This document shows, in pieces, positions 38,359 to 49,307 of a stretch of 64,000 nucleotides of DNA. The position numbers and the translations under genes were made by a program. Source of the DNA: Desulfonatronospira sp. (GTDB lineage: Bacteria; Desulfobacterota; Desulfovibrionia; Desulfovibrionales; Desulfonatronovibrionaceae); assembly GCF_003553695.1 (NCBI RefSeq), contig NZ_PWFB01000012.1; one strand, given 5' to 3'. Numbering within the stretch: position 1 is the stretch's first letter; the number at the start of each line of letters is the position of its first letter. Below the pieces are notes generated by a model, which worked only from the letters and a program-made list of their open reading frames with translations, made no database searches and was not told where the DNA came from.

Positions 38359-38787
38359 ATGAAGACTTACAGCCCTAAACCTGAAGATATCCAAAGAGAC
38401 TGGTACGTGGTGGACGCCCAGGACAAAATTCTGGGCAGACTGGCCACCCGCATAGCCACAAAACTAAGGGGCAAGGACAAGCCCGAATTCGCCCCGCACA
38501 TGGATATGGGCGATTTTGTCGTGGTGGTCAATGCCGAACAGATCAAAGTTACCGGAGACAAACTGGAGCAGAAAAAATACTACTACCACACCGGTTATCC
38601 AGGCGGCATCAAGGAAACCTCGCTGGAGAGTATGCTGCAGAAAAAGCCGGAAGAGGTCATAAGAAAAGCAGTGGGACGCATGCTGCCCAAGAACAAGCTG
38701 GGACGCAAGCTTCTTAAAAAACTTAAAGTCTATTCCGGTCCCGAGCACCCGCATGCTGCTCAGCAACCTAAAGCCATTCAGGATTAA
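38359..38787 (+). CDS. rplM: 50S ribosomal protein L13
   Basis: [40 protein letters not shown]. Confidence 0.97.
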   Translation: MKTYSPKPEDIQRDWYVVDAQDKILGRLATRIATKLRGKDKPEFAPHMDMGDFVVVVNAEQIKVTGDKLEQKKYYYHTGYPGGIKETSLESMLQKKPEEVIRKAVGRMLPKNKLGRKLLKKLKVYSGPEHPHAAQQPKAIQD

Positions 38788-38807
38788 TACCTTTCGGAGC
38801 ACCACAA

Positions 38808-39200
38808 ATGAAGGAAGAATATTTTTACGGAAAAGGCAAGCGCAAGACCTCCACAGCCAGGACCAGGCTTTACAGCGGATCCGGGCAGATACTGGTCAAT
38901 GGAAGACCCTACCAGGAGTACTTTCCCCGGGCCACGCTGCAGATGATCATCAACCAGCCCTTGAAACTCACCCAGGCCACAGGCAAGTTCGACATCAAGA
39001 TCAACGTGGACGGCGGCGGCCTTGCCGGGCAGGCCGAGGCAGTGCGCCACGGCATCAGCAGGGCCCTTTTGCAGGTGGACCAGGAGAACCGGCCTGTGCT
39101 CAAGAAGGCCGGCCTGCTCACCAGGGACGCCAGGGTCAAGGAAAGAAAGAAATACGGCCAGAGAGGCGCAAGAGCCAAATTCCAGTACTCCAAGCGCTAA
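38808..39200 (+). CDS. rpsI: 30S ribosomal protein S9
   Basis: [35 protein letters not shown]. Confidence 0.98.
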   Translation: MKEEYFYGKGKRKTSTARTRLYSGSGQILVNGRPYQEYFPRATLQMIINQPLKLTQATGKFDIKINVDGGGLAGQAEAVRHGISRALLQVDQENRPVLKKAGLLTRDARVKERKKYGQRGARAKFQYSKR

Positions 39201-39233
39201 CTAAAGCGCTGGCAGCAAAAACTTCACACTATC

Positions 39234-39261
39234 AAGGCAGGGTCTCCGCCCTGCCTTTTTT
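39234..39261 (+). terminator. Intrinsic terminator after rpsI
   Basis: AAGGCAGGG-TCTCCG-CCCTGCCTT plus T run. Confidence 0.75.
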
Positions 39262-39385
39262 ATTGCCTGGTGCACTTTACAAGCTATATTCGCATTGACT
39301 TGCCGGCATGCTTTGAATATTTTTAATGATTTGACTCATGGTTGAAACATGACAGTTCAGCCAATCAATCAGGAGGAAACTGCCT

Positions 39386-39940
39386 ATGCTTCAAAGACCT
39401 TTTGTTCCTTCCCGGGCCTTTTTTACCCGCGGCATAGGAAGACACAAAAACAAGCTGCAGTCCTTTGAACTGGCTCTGCGGGACGCAGGCATTGAAAAAC
39501 AGAACCTGGTTTATGTCTCCAGCATATACCCCCCTCACTGTAAAATGATTTCCGTGCAGGAAGGTATAAACGAGCTTTTGCCAGGGGAACTTACATTTTG
39601 CGTCATGGCCAGAAACGCTACCAATGAAAAAGGGCGCTTGGTTGGTTCAGCAGTGGGCATGGCCTTTCCTGCGGATGAGAGCCAGTACGGATATATTTCC
39701 GAGCATCACGCATTTGGAGCCGATGAAACCGAGATCGGCGACTTCGCCGAGGATCTGGCCTCAACCATGCTTGCCACCACCCTGGGCATCGATTTTGATC
39801 CGGAAAAGGACTATGATGAAAGAAGGCAGATATACATGATGAGCGGACAGATAGTTGACTCGGCCTCGGCTCCCTGCGTAACCACAGGGGTGGCCGGCCT
39901 GTGGACCACCACTATTTCCGTGGCTGTATTTCTGCCCTGA
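39386..39940 (+). CDS. pdaD: Pyruvoyl-dependent arginine decarboxylase
   Basis: [22 protein letters not shown] (Ser-Ser self-cleavage site), YISEHH. Confidence 0.88.
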   Translation: MLQRPFVPSRAFFTRGIGRHKNKLQSFELALRDAGIEKQNLVYVSSIYPPHCKMISVQEGINELLPGELTFCVMARNATNEKGRLVGSAVGMAFPADESQYGYISEHHAFGADETEIGDFAEDLASTMLATTLGIDFDPEKDYDERRQIYMMSGQIVDSASAPCVTTGVAGLWTTTISVAVFLP

Positions 39941-39951
39941 GGCAAACACCC

Positions 39952-40818
39952 ATGTTCGATGACTTTCTGGACCTTGAAGGCAGTGGCGGGGATCACCTCA
40001 TCCACGTCTGGCCGGTACCCTACCAGGGCACGGTGAGCTTTGACACAGGCACCAAGGACGGGCCCGAGGCCCTGTTCAGGGCCAGTTACCAGATAGAGCC
40101 CTATGACCCTGAACTCGATGCCGATATAAGCGACTACTGCAGCTTCAAAACCCTTCCCTTTCAAAGACCCGTGGCCTCGGGACCCGGCCAGATGCAGCAG
40201 GAAATGGATGTTTTCCTGGAAAAATTCGATCCCTCTAGAGATTTCTTTTTGACCCTGGGGGGAGAGCACTCCATAGCCTTCCCCCTGATACGTTTTTATT
40301 CCAGGGCTTATCCGGATCTGACTGTTCTTCAGGTGGATGCCCATGCCGATTTAAGGACAGACTTTCAGGGCAGCCCGCATTCCCACGCCTGCGTCATGTC
40401 CAGGGTCAGGGAACTGGGCATAAAAACGGTATCCCTGGGCATTCGCAGCATGGACCGGGACCAGGCTCAAATCATAAAAAACAGTCCAGCACACATAATG
40501 GCCATGCATCCCTGGGAGCTGCCCCCGCCGGCACAGGCGGCCGAAGCAGTCAAGAATTTCATCGGCCCCGGTCCAGTTTACATCACCTTTGACGCCGACG
40601 GCCTGGACCCGTCCATCATGCCCGGCACCGGCACCCCAGAGCCAGGAGGGCTGGAATACACCTGGATAAACGATTTCTGGAAACATTTCTGGCCAGGTCC
40701 CAAACTTGTGGGCATGGATTTTTGCGAGCTGGCTCCGCGGCCGGGCAGCGTTTTGTCCGAGTCCGTGGGTGTCAAATGCATCTTGAGGATACTGCTCAGC
40801 TACTTCAGGACAATTTAA
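39952..40818 (+). CDS. speB: Agmatinase (ureohydrolase family)
   Basis: GGEHS, DAHADLR, HSHAC, DADGLDPS, PGTGTPEPGGL; start moved to ATG 39952. Confidence 0.9.
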   Translation: MFDDFLDLEGSGGDHLIHVWPVPYQGTVSFDTGTKDGPEALFRASYQIEPYDPELDADISDYCSFKTLPFQRPVASGPGQMQQEMDVFLEKFDPSRDFFLTLGGEHSIAFPLIRFYSRAYPDLTVLQVDAHADLRTDFQGSPHSHACVMSRVRELGIKTVSLGIRSMDRDQAQIIKNSPAHIMAMHPWELPPPAQAAEAVKNFIGPGPVYITFDADGLDPSIMPGTGTPEPGGLEYTWINDFWKHFWPGPKLVGMDFCELAPRPGSVLSESVGVKCILRILLSYFRTI

Positions 40819-40849
40819 TTACCCAACATTCAACATCCAGGAATTGACC

Positions 40850-41980
40850 ATGACCAAACACGATATCCGCTCCATTGACAAGCTGCAGAACCCCGATGAG
40901 CTTGGCTTTAAAGCCCTTGAGCCCCTGGACCCGGACAATATCCATAATTTTGACCAGCTCCTGCAGGCCATGGAAAAAACTGCCTTCAGCGGCCGCAGCC
41001 TGGGTGAGGCTTTGAATGTACTCCAAGAGATGGTTACTGATCCGGACTGCCTGGTGGTGGGAACATTCTCCGGGGCCATGACCGTGGCCAAAATGGGTAA
41101 GCTCCTGTGCAAGATGATAGATGAGAGATGGGTCAATGTAGTCATTTCCACCGGGGCACTTATGGCCCATGGCTTTATCGAGTCCATAGGGCTTAAGCAC
41201 TACAAGTATGAAAAGCACAGAATGAATGACCAGGAGCTTTTCAAAATGGGCTTCAACCGGGTCTATGACACCCTGGAGCCGGAAATAAACTTTATGCGGG
41301 CTGAAGACATTGTGCATCGGGTGATGCAGGGCATTGACAAAGAAGAGCAGCTATGTTCGGAAATCATCTGCCAAAAAATCGGTCGTTATCTGGACGAGAA
41401 TGTTCCAGGACCGGGCATACTCAAAAGTGCTTACCAGCAAGGCACCCCGGTATACATACCAGCCTTTACCGACTCGGAACTGGCCCTGGACATAGCCACT
41501 CATATCCTGCGCCAGCAGGAAAAAGGCCCCACCCTGCAGCCGGAAACCTGTCCGCCTTTTCCCTTCAATCCCTTTCTGGACCTGTTCAGCTACACTAAAA
41601 AAATTACCGAAAGCAAAAAGATAGGCCTGTTCACCATTGGCGGGGGCGTACCCAGGAACTGGGCCCAGCAGGTCAGTCCTTTCCTGGAAATAGCCAGTCA
41701 GCGCCTGGAAAACATGGAACTGCCTCTGCGCAGATTTCAATTTGGTGTGCGCATCTGTCCGGAGCCGGTGCACTGGGGGGGACTGTCCGGCTGCACGTAC
41801 CAGGAAGGGGTGTCCTGGGGAAAATTCACCCCCAGGGAGCAAGGGGGCAAATACGCTGAAATATATTCAGACGCAACCATTGCCTGGCCCATTCTCATCA
41901 AGGGCCTGCAGGACAGGCTGGCCAAAGAGGTCAGAAGTCAGAAATCAGAAGTCAGAAGTCAGCAGACTTCTGACCTTTGA
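40850..41980 (+). CDS. Deoxyhypusine synthase-like protein (candidate homospermidine synthase)
   Basis: TAFSGRSL, FSGAM, ISTGA, NRVYD, PAFTDS, IGGGVPRNW, GGLSG..EGVSWGK (catalytic Lys), DATIAWP. Confidence 0.9.
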   Translation: MTKHDIRSIDKLQNPDELGFKALEPLDPDNIHNFDQLLQAMEKTAFSGRSLGEALNVLQEMVTDPDCLVVGTFSGAMTVAKMGKLLCKMIDERWVNVVISTGALMAHGFIESIGLKHYKYEKHRMNDQELFKMGFNRVYDTLEPEINFMRAEDIVHRVMQGIDKEEQLCSEIICQKIGRYLDENVPGPGILKSAYQQGTPVYIPAFTDSELALDIATHILRQQEKGPTLQPETCPPFPFNPFLDLFSYTKKITESKKIGLFTIGGGVPRNWAQQVSPFLEIASQRLENMELPLRRFQFGVRICPEPVHWGGLSGCTYQEGVSWGKFTPREQGGKYAEIYSDATIAWPILIKGLQDRLAKEVRSQKSEVRSQQTSDL

Positions 41981-42067
41981 AAAACATGAAGTTGGCAGGA
42001 TGCTTGGCAGCATGATCAATAACCCTGAACCCTTCTTGATTTGCTGATCACTGACTTCTGACCTCTG
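41929..42067. repeat. Inverted heptamer arrays (TCAGAAG/TCAGAGG) flanking a gene remnant
   Basis: GGTCAGA AGTCAGA AATCAGA AGTCAGA AGTCAGC at 41929-41963; inverted GACTTCTGACC at 41965-41975 and CTGACTTCTGACCTCTG at 42051-42067. Confidence 0.85.
41988..42047 (+). pseudogene. C-terminal remnant of a four-helix-bundle (TIGR02436/IVP-like) protein
   Basis: EVGRMLGSMINNPEPFLIC* resembles the final helix I recall for this family; no N-terminus present. Confidence 0.55.
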
Positions 42068-42797
42068 CTCCCTGCTTTGAAATCCAGTCCACTGCAGTCT
42101 TGAAATCCAGGCTGCCGCTGTAGATGGCCCGGCCGGTGATGACTCCTTCCAGGCCCCTGGGACCCAGATGATGGATTTCCTGAATATCTTCCAGGGTGGA
42201 AATCCCCCCGGCAGCTATTACCGGCCTGTCTGTCAGCGTCAGGACATGCTCCAGGGCGGGGACATTAACCCCGGACTGCATGCCGTCCCTGGCAATGTCC
42301 GTATAGATGAAAAACGCGGCCCCCATGGATTCCAGCTCCGGGATGGCCTGATCCACATCCAGACCCGTATCCGATACCCAGCCCCTGGATTTTAGCCTGC
42401 CGTCCCTGGCATCCAGGGACACGCCTATCCGGCCCGGAAAACTGCTGCAAAGCTCCCTGAACCTGTCTTTTTCCTCCAGGGCCATGGTGCCGATGATGAG
42501 CCTTTTGACCCCTGCATCAAAGTAAGCCTGAGCCGTATCCAGGTCCCTTATGCCTCCGCCCAGTTGAGCCGGGATTTTAATTCTGGAGCAGATGTCTGCT
42601 ATAAGATTCTTGTTGGCCGGCCTGCCCGAGAAAGCCCCGTCCAGGTCCACCAGGTGCAGCCAGCTTGCTCCCAGCCGTTCCCAGTGCTCAGCCATAGCTC
42701 CGGGGTCAGGGGAAAATACGGTCACCTCGTTTTCCAGTCCCTGCCTCAGGCGCACGCATTCACCATTTTTGATATCTATTGCCGGAAAAATTATCAT
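42048..42797 (-). CDS. hisA: ProFAR isomerase HisA
   Basis: IFPAIDIK, LHLVDLDGA, QLGGGIR, YTDIARDGM, IAAGG, ITGRAIY. Confidence 0.97.
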   Translation of the reverse strand: MIIFPAIDIKNGECVRLRQGLENEVTVFSPDPGAMAEHWERLGASWLHLVDLDGAFSGRPANKNLIADICSRIKIPAQLGGGIRDLDTAQAYFDAGVKRLIIGTMALEEKDRFRELCSSFPGRIGVSLDARDGRLKSRGWVSDTGLDVDQAIPELESMGAAFFIYTDIARDGMQSGVNVPALEHVLTLTDRPVIAAGGISTLEDIQEIHHLGPRGLEGVITGRAIYSGSLDFKTAVDWISKQGAEVRSQ

Positions 42798-43426
42798 AGT
42801 CCAAGCTCCCTTACCCCTTGCTCCAGTCCTTCATTGGCCAGCTGCCTGGCTGAGATCCACTTGCCTCCGCGTCTGAAAAACTTGCCTATGCTGGAAAGAT
42901 CCTCCAAAAGTGCAAACTGTCTTTCATCGAAATAGAACCTTTGCAGCTGCAGTTCCTGCAAATCAATAAGGTTTAGTTCCATGACCACCGCGGCCGGCTC
43001 CTGAACTCCATAGGACCCGCCGATACGTTCTTTCCACTCAAAGACAAAGGGCACGAGGATATAATCGGCTGGAATGCACTTGCCCACCTGGACCCAGAAA
43101 TGAAAGGCCGAGCTTTGCGGAGAGGTGTCCGCAGCCACCAGATCCATGCATTGTTCGACCATTTCCGGATATACCATCTTTTGCCGGCTTTGCCTGAGCA
43201 AAGCGGCCAGATCACTGTCCAGCTTTTCTATGACGTCCCTGTCGATTTCTTTTTGCCCTACAGTAATATGGCTGGTGATCATTTCCCAGCGATGCTTGGG
43301 CTGGCTGAACCCGGCCACGGCCACCACTGCATCCTCAGGAGGATAATGCACCGGTTCCCTGGGGGCACAGGCCGCCAGAGTCAAAAGCAATGCACCTGCA
43401 ATAAGGATCAGGTATTTCCGGATCAA
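42794..43426 (-). CDS. Putative lipoprotein
   Basis: Signal peptide with lipobox LTLAA-C; overlaps both hisB and hisA by 4 nt. Confidence 0.8.
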   Translation of the reverse strand: MIRKYLILIAGALLLTLAACAPREPVHYPPEDAVVAVAGFSQPKHRWEMITSHITVGQKEIDRDVIEKLDSDLAALLRQSRQKMVYPEMVEQCMDLVAADTSPQSSAFHFWVQVGKCIPADYILVPFVFEWKERIGGSYGVQEPAAVVMELNLIDLQELQLQRFYFDERQFALLEDLSSIGKFFRRGGKWISARQLANEGLEQGVRELGL

Positions 43427-44013
43427 TCCAGGGCCCCCTTGGTACTTAAAACATTGGTTCTGCCCAGGGTAACCGCCTGACGAAGTGCCAGCCCCAGGGA
43501 CTTGAACGCTGCCTCCATGAGGTGGTGTCCGTTTTGTCCGTAATGAAAACTAAGATGCAGATTCATTCCAGAGTTACTGGCCAGGGACTTGAAGAATTCT
43601 CTGTACACGTCTTTTTCCTCTCCGGCTATCAGGTCCGGGAGTATCTCTTCGCCCCGGTAAACCAGACAGGGTCGTCCCGAGATGTCCAGCACACACTCGC
43701 AAAGGGCTTCGTCCAGGGGCACCCTGGCCTGGCCAACGCGATTGATACCCTTCTTGTCCCCCAGGGACTCTGCCAGAGCCTGCCCCAGGCAAAGGCCCAC
43801 ATCCTCCAGGCTGTGATGGGCATCTACATGCAGATCCCCCCGGCACCGTACCTTGAGGCCGAGCCCGGCCCAGTGCGCCATCAGGGTCAGCATGTGGTCG
43901 AAAAAACCCACCCCGGTGTTAATGGTCATGTCCTGCTCATCCCCTGGATCCAGAACCAGATCCAGTTGTACATCAGTCTCCAGAGTTTTCCTGTGAATGT
44001 TTGCCTGGCGCAT
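43423..44013 (-). CDS. hisB: Imidazoleglycerol-phosphate dehydratase
   Basis: [37 protein letters not shown]. Confidence 0.97.
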   Translation of the reverse strand: MRQANIHRKTLETDVQLDLVLDPGDEQDMTINTGVGFFDHMLTLMAHWAGLGLKVRCRGDLHVDAHHSLEDVGLCLGQALAESLGDKKGINRVGQARVPLDEALCECVLDISGRPCLVYRGEEILPDLIAGEEKDVYREFFKSLASNSGMNLHLSFHYGQNGHHLMEAAFKSLGLALRQAVTLGRTNVLSTKGALD

Positions 44014-44031
44014 GTTTGCTCTCTTAATTTA

Positions 44032-44841
44032 TCAGACCTCGTCTTCGTCTTCTTCCTCATCTTCCTTTTTATCCCGGTGCTTTCGCTCCCGGCCCCAGAT
44101 ATAGGCCACCCAGATGCTCACCTCGTATAAGAGAATCAAGGGTCCGGACATGAGAATCTGACTGATGATATCCGGCGGTGTCAAAAATGCCGCCGCCAGA
44201 AAAATGACCAGCACCGCGTACTTGCGCTGTTTGCGCAATCCTTTGGAATTTACTATGCCCAGCCTGGCCAGGAAAAAGATGAAAAGGGGCAGTTCAAAGG
44301 CGATGCCGAAGGCGAAAAGAAGCTTCACCGCAAAGCTGAAGTACTCCCGCAGAGAAGGCATGGGCTGGATCATTTCGTTGGCAAACCCCATGAAAAACTG
44401 AAAACCTATGGGAAAGACCACGAAATATCCGAAAAGTGCCCCCACCACAAAAAATAAAGCGGAAATAAAGGCAATGGGAATTATGAACCTGCGCTCCGTG
44501 TCATACATTCCCGGGCCCACAAAACGCCAGATCTGGTAAAAAATATACGGACTGGCCAGAAACACCCCGGCAACCAGGGAGACCTTGAGGTAGGTAAAAA
44601 AGGCCTCCGGCAGGCCGGTAAAAATCATGGAGCTGGCTTCAGGCAACACCTTGACCAGAGGCTGCATTAAAATATCGAACAGCCTTTCCTTGAAGGCGTA
44701 GCAGATTAGAAATCCCACAAAGGCCGCGATAATGATGCGAAACAGACGGTACCGCAGCTCTTCCAGGTGTTCGGTAAAGGTCATGCCCTCTTCTTGGGGC
44801 ATTTCCTCTTCAGTGGTTTCTTGATGATGCTCGGTTGTCAT
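44032..44841 (-). CDS. tatC: Twin-arginine translocase subunit TatC
   Basis: HLEELRYRL, EAFFTYLK, YQIWRFV.PG, FELP, LTPPD, LYE. Confidence 0.96.
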   Translation of the reverse strand: MTTEHHQETTEEEMPQEEGMTFTEHLEELRYRLFRIIIAAFVGFLICYAFKERLFDILMQPLVKVLPEASSMIFTGLPEAFFTYLKVSLVAGVFLASPYIFYQIWRFVGPGMYDTERRFIIPIAFISALFFVVGALFGYFVVFPIGFQFFMGFANEMIQPMPSLREYFSFAVKLLFAFGIAFELPLFIFFLARLGIVNSKGLRKQRKYAVLVIFLAAAFLTPPDIISQILMSGPLILLYEVSIWVAYIWGRERKHRDKKEDEEEDEDEV

Positions 44842-45248
44842 GGCCTGGTTTCAGCCTCTTTATCCTGTTCCCGGGTGGTTGTTTTGGACCCTTCCTGCTC
44901 TTCCCTGCCGGCTTGTTCATCAGCCTGTTCTTTTTGTCCGGATTCTTCCGGATTTGGTTCCGAAGAGAATTTTGACTCGCTTTGGTCATTGTCATCCTCC
45001 TCAGGCACGGACTCCTTTTTATTTGCGGCTTTCCTGTCCTTCTTTTTCTTAAGCCTGGCCTGTCGCTCCTTGTCTTCTTCCTCCTGGGCCTCAAGGTCGA
45101 TGGTCCGTTTAACGTCAGTAGTCACCCTCTTGAACTCAGCCAGGGTTTTTCCCAAAGATCTGGCGATTTCCGGCAGCTTCTTGGGACCCAGGACCAGAAG
45201 GGCCACCACTAGAATCACCAGGATTTCCGTCGTTCCTATTCCAAACAT
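44838..45248 (-). CDS. tatB: Twin-arginine translocase subunit TatB (TatA/B family)
   Basis: MFGIGTTEILVILVVALLVLGPKKLPEIARSLGK, charged tail, overlaps tatC. Confidence 0.88.
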   Translation of the reverse strand: MFGIGTTEILVILVVALLVLGPKKLPEIARSLGKTLAEFKRVTTDVKRTIDLEAQEEEDKERQARLKKKKDRKAANKKESVPEEDDNDQSESKFSSEPNPEESGQKEQADEQAGREEQEGSKTTTREQDKEAETRP

Positions 45249-45267
45249 GACGCATTACCCCTTGGGT

Positions 45268-46818
45268 CTATTCCCACTCTATGGTGCTTGGAGGCTTGGA
45301 GGAAATATCAAAAACCACTCTGTTGACTCCCTGCACCTCATTTATGATCCGGTTGGAGATCCTGGCCAGAATTTCCGGGGGTATCCTGCTCCAGTCGGCG
45401 GTCATGGCATCAATGCTGTCCACAATGCGCAGGGCCACCACGTGTTCGTAAGTCCTCTCATCTCCCATAACCCCCACGGTCTTCAAGGGCAAAAGTACGG
45501 CAAAGCCCTGCCAGACTCTGGTATACCAGTTGGATGCCAAAAGCTCGTTTTGTACAATGCGGTCGGACTTGCGAAGTATTTCCAGCCTTTCAGGGGTAAT
45601 GGCCCCGATGACCCTGATGGCCAGGCCGGGCCCGGGAAAAGGATGCCTCCAGACAATGGTGTCGGGTATACCCAGCTCCACAGCCACCTTGCGCACCTCG
45701 TCCTTGAACAGTTCCCGAAGAGGCTCCACAAGCTTCAGATCCATCTTTTCCGGCAGCCCGCCCACATTGTGATGGCTTTTGATTACAGCTGAAGGACCCT
45801 TAAAGGAGACGCTCTCGATAACATCCGGATACAGGGTGCCCTGGGCCAGCCATTTGACATCCGGAATGGATTTGGCCTCTTTTTCAAAAACCTCGATAAA
45901 TGTGTGCCCGATAATCTTTCTTTTTTCCTCCGGGTCCTTGACCCCATGCAGCCGGGAAAGAAAAAGATCCTGGGCCTCTACGTGCTTCAAGTTCAAGTCG
46001 AAATATTTGGTCAGGCTCTCCACCACTTCCAGGGCTTCATTGTGCCGAAGCACCCCGTTGTCCACCAGGATACAGTGCAGACGTTTGCCTATGGCCTTGT
46101 GCAGCAAAACAGCCACCACTGTGGAATCTATGCCTCCGCTAAGCCCGCAGACCACCTGCTCGTCGTCCGGGATCATCTTCCGGATGTCATGAATGCAGTC
46201 CTGGATAAAGGAGGTCATGGACCAGTCCGGCACCAGAGCGGCAACCCTGAAGAGAAAATTGTGCAGAATGCGGTAGCCCTCTTCGGTGTGGGCCACTTCA
46301 GGGTGAAACTGCAGGCCGTAGATCTTTCTCCGGGCATTGCCCACGGCGGCGATTTCCACGCTGGATGTGCGCCCCAGCACTTCAAAACCCGGTGGAGGCT
46401 TAAGAACCGTGTCCCCGTGAGACATCCAGACAGTCAACCCTGCCTTGTCCCCAAGCCCCTCCCACAGGGGGCAGGCTTGGACGAATTCAAAGCTCGCCCT
46501 GCCGTACTCCCTGTTGCGGGCAGGCTCTACCTGGCCCCCGAAAAGATGGGCCATGAGCTGCATTCCGTAACAGATACCCAGGATGGGAAGACCCAGCTGG
46601 AAGATGCCCGGATCCACCCGGGGGGAGTCCTGTCCGGCCACGCTGGAAGGCCCGCCGGACAACACCAGGGCCGAGGGCTGCATGGCTTTTAAATCTTCCA
46701 GGCTTACGGTACAGGGATGAATCTCGGAGTATATCCCGGATTCCCTGATTCTTCTGGCAATCAACTGAGTATACTGTGAACCGAAATCCAGAATAATGAC
46801 CTTGTTTTGAACTTGCAT
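45268..46818 (-). CDS. guaA: GMP synthase (glutamine-hydrolysing)
   Basis: [46 protein letters not shown]. Confidence 0.98.
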   Translation of the reverse strand: MQVQNKVIILDFGSQYTQLIARRIRESGIYSEIHPCTVSLEDLKAMQPSALVLSGGPSSVAGQDSPRVDPGIFQLGLPILGICYGMQLMAHLFGGQVEPARNREYGRASFEFVQACPLWEGLGDKAGLTVWMSHGDTVLKPPPGFEVLGRTSSVEIAAVGNARRKIYGLQFHPEVAHTEEGYRILHNFLFRVAALVPDWSMTSFIQDCIHDIRKMIPDDEQVVCGLSGGIDSTVVAVLLHKAIGKRLHCILVDNGVLRHNEALEVVESLTKYFDLNLKHVEAQDLFLSRLHGVKDPEEKRKIIGHTFIEVFEKEAKSIPDVKWLAQGTLYPDVIESVSFKGPSAVIKSHHNVGGLPEKMDLKLVEPLRELFKDEVRKVAVELGIPDTIVWRHPFPGPGLAIRVIGAITPERLEILRKSDRIVQNELLASNWYTRVWQGFAVLLPLKTVGVMGDERTYEHVVALRIVDSIDAMTADWSRIPPEILARISNRIINEVQGVNRVVFDISSKPPSTIEWE

Positions 46819-46884
46819 GCCCTTTATGCCTCATGAAGAATATTTTATGGCTGTCAACAGTCCTGCCGGCCCTCGGTTTCCCCC

Positions 46885-48342
46885 TTAATAGTTCTCTATA
46901 CGGTAATTGGGGGCTTCCTTGGTGATTATTACATCATGCACGTGGCTTTCTCGGTATCCGGCCGGGGTCATGGTCAGAAACCGCCCCTTTTCATGCAACT
47001 CCTGAACCGTGGCGCATCCCAGATAGCCCATACCGGATTGCACGCCACCAATGAGCTGGTACACGGTATCCCCCACCGGCCCCTTAAACGGCACCCGCCC
47101 CACAATCCCTTCAGGTACAAGCTTGCTGCTTTTTTCCTGGAAATAGCGGTCGCTGCTTCCATCACGCATGGCGTCTATGGAACCCATGCCGCGGTAGATC
47201 TTGTAGGTACGGCCCTGGTAGAGAATGGTCTCTCCCGGGCTTTCCGTGGTCCCCGCCAGCATGCTGCCCATCATCACGGTATCGGCACCCGCCACCAGGG
47301 CCTTGATCACGTCCCCGGAGAACTTGACCCCGCCATCGGCAATTATACAGCATCCCTTTTCCCGACAGGCCCTGGTGCACTCCATGATGGCAGTCACCTG
47401 GGGCACTCCAACTCCTGCCACCACCCTGGTGGTGCAGATGGACCCCGGGCCGATGCCCACCTTTACTGCATCCACTCCGGCATCCGCCAGGGATTTTGCT
47501 CCTTCATAGGTGGCCACATTTCCCGCAATGAGTTGACAGTCCGGAAAGGAGGCCTTTATTTCCCTGATGCCGTGGATGATATTTCTGGAATGACCATGCG
47601 CCGAATCAAGAACTATAAAATCCGATCCGGCCTGAATAAGGGCCTCCACCCTGGCCATCTTGTCCTGACCTGTGCCTACGGCTGCTCCCACTCTGAGCCG
47701 GCCCATTTCGTCCTTGCAGGCATTGGGATATTTCTTGATCTTCTCAATATCCTTTATGGTGATAAGGCCTTTAAGCCTGCCTCCATTCTCCACCACCAGG
47801 AGCTTTTCAATCTTGTTCTTCTGCAGGATGTCCTTGGCTTCCAGCAGTGTCGTCCCCACCGGGACAGTGACAAGGTCACCGCTGGTCATGACCTGGTCCA
47901 CACTGGTCCTGAGATCGCTTACAAAGCGTACGTCGCGGTTGGTGACAATGCCCACCAGCCGGCCTTCTTCCTCCACTGGCAGGCCGGAAATACGGTACTC
48001 GGTCATGAGGCGCAGAACTTTTTCCACGTCATCGCCCGGGTGTACAGTGACCGGGTCCACAATCATGCCGCTCTCGGATTTTTTTACCCGCTCCACCTCC
48101 TGGCGCTGTTCCTCGATACTCATATTTTTATGCACCACGCCTACCCCGCCGGAGCGGGCCATGGATATGGCCATCTCGGCTTCGGTCACCGTATCCATGG
48201 CTGCGCTGAGCAAAGGGATATTGAGTTCTATCTGCGGGGTAAGCCGGGTCTTGAGGCTGGTATCTTCCGGCAGGACCTCGGAATAGTCCGGCACCAGCAA
48301 AACATCGTCAAAGGTTAATCCCTGGCCCCATATCTTTTCCAT
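46885..48342 (-). CDS. guaB: IMP dehydrogenase
   Basis: [21 protein letters not shown] pair, [17 protein letters not shown]; start moved to ATG 48342 behind GGAGG. Confidence 0.98.
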   Translation of the reverse strand: MEKIWGQGLTFDDVLLVPDYSEVLPEDTSLKTRLTPQIELNIPLLSAAMDTVTEAEMAISMARSGGVGVVHKNMSIEEQRQEVERVKKSESGMIVDPVTVHPGDDVEKVLRLMTEYRISGLPVEEEGRLVGIVTNRDVRFVSDLRTSVDQVMTSGDLVTVPVGTTLLEAKDILQKNKIEKLLVVENGGRLKGLITIKDIEKIKKYPNACKDEMGRLRVGAAVGTGQDKMARVEALIQAGSDFIVLDSAHGHSRNIIHGIREIKASFPDCQLIAGNVATYEGAKSLADAGVDAVKVGIGPGSICTTRVVAGVGVPQVTAIMECTRACREKGCCIIADGGVKFSGDVIKALVAGADTVMMGSMLAGTTESPGETILYQGRTYKIYRGMGSIDAMRDGSSDRYFQEKSSKLVPEGIVGRVPFKGPVGDTVYQLIGGVQSGMGYLGCATVQELHEKGRFLTMTPAGYRESHVHDVIITKEAPNYRIENY

Positions 48343-48481
48343 GACCCCTCCAGTAAGTTTGTAAAGACTGACCTGTATCCGAAAAAAATTTACTCCTGTT
48401 ACCGGCAATCTCCTGTCAATGTCAAACGTCTACGCACGGCCCTATGGAAAAGAAATCCCGGCGGAACAACGTAAGCACATG

Positions 48482-49063
48482 TCATATCCCTTCCCCCGGA
48501 GCAGGTGTCTCCAGTTCCTGGCGCACTCTTTCCAGTAGATCCGGGTGGTCCGGATCCAGTTCAATAATTTTTTCCAGATGCTCCCTCGCCTTTTCCGGTT
48601 CATCAAGATAGTACTTGTAAATGATGGCCAGGTTGAAGTGACCCTGGTGGTTTTCGGGGTTAAGCTCAAGAAGCCTGTCAAACTTCTCCCTGGCTTCGGC
48701 ATGCCGCTGCATCTGAAACAGGGTAAACCCTGCCTGGTTCAGAGCCAGCTGGTTATCTGGATCTACATTCAAAGCCCTTCTCCAGAATGAAAGAGCCTTA
48801 TCCCAGTCCTGGTTCTGCATAAAAAAGCTGGCCAGTTGGGTTATGGCCTCAATATTTTGAGGATTTTGCTCCACCTCCTGCATAAGCCCGGCTATACGCG
48901 CCATCATCTGCTGATCCTGTTGACGGGTCTGCGTTTCTTGAACCAGGGAAGGGGACTGGATTCTGTACCAGACCGAGGACACAAATATGACGGCCAGACC
49001 CAGAATTGCTAAGACAACAACCGCCCTTTGAATACTCGTGGATGATAAAAGGCCGCTACTCAT
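48482..49063 (-). CDS. Membrane-anchored TPR protein at the end of the ccm operon (CcmI-like)
   Basis: N-terminal TM helix, three TPR-like units, overlaps ccmD. Confidence 0.75.
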   Translation of the reverse strand: MSSGLLSSTSIQRAVVVLAILGLAVIFVSSVWYRIQSPSLVQETQTRQQDQQMMARIAGLMQEVEQNPQNIEAITQLASFFMQNQDWDKALSFWRRALNVDPDNQLALNQAGFTLFQMQRHAEAREKFDRLLELNPENHQGHFNLAIIYKYYLDEPEKAREHLEKIIELDPDHPDLLERVRQELETPAPGEGI

Positions 49064-49184
49064 GGTACATCACCTCCAGCTGCCTTATCTTTTTCTCAAG
49101 TTTTTTCTGGCCCATGGCCAGAAAAAAGAGATAGCCCCCGATGCCCAACCATACAACCACGTTGCTGGCAATGAGATATGTCAT
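49056..49184 (-). CDS. ccmD: Heme exporter protein CcmD
   Basis: 42 aa MTYLIASNVVVWLGIGGYLFFL plus basic tail, directly after ccmC. Confidence 0.8.
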   Translation of the reverse strand: MTYLIASNVVVWLGIGGYLFFLAMGQKKLEKKIRQLEVMYHE

Positions 49185-49307
49185 AAAAAAACCAACCTTT
49201 TGCTTGTTTATAGTAACCGGGCTTTTTCCGCGACCCTGCACGGAAAAAGAGGACCCTGCGAGACAAATTTAAAAAAAGAAAAAGATTTCATACAACCACC
49301 CCCAATC

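Noticed and set aside
46936-48318. 460-aa plus-strand ORF
   Set aside because: Antisense shadow of guaB, no recognisable domain
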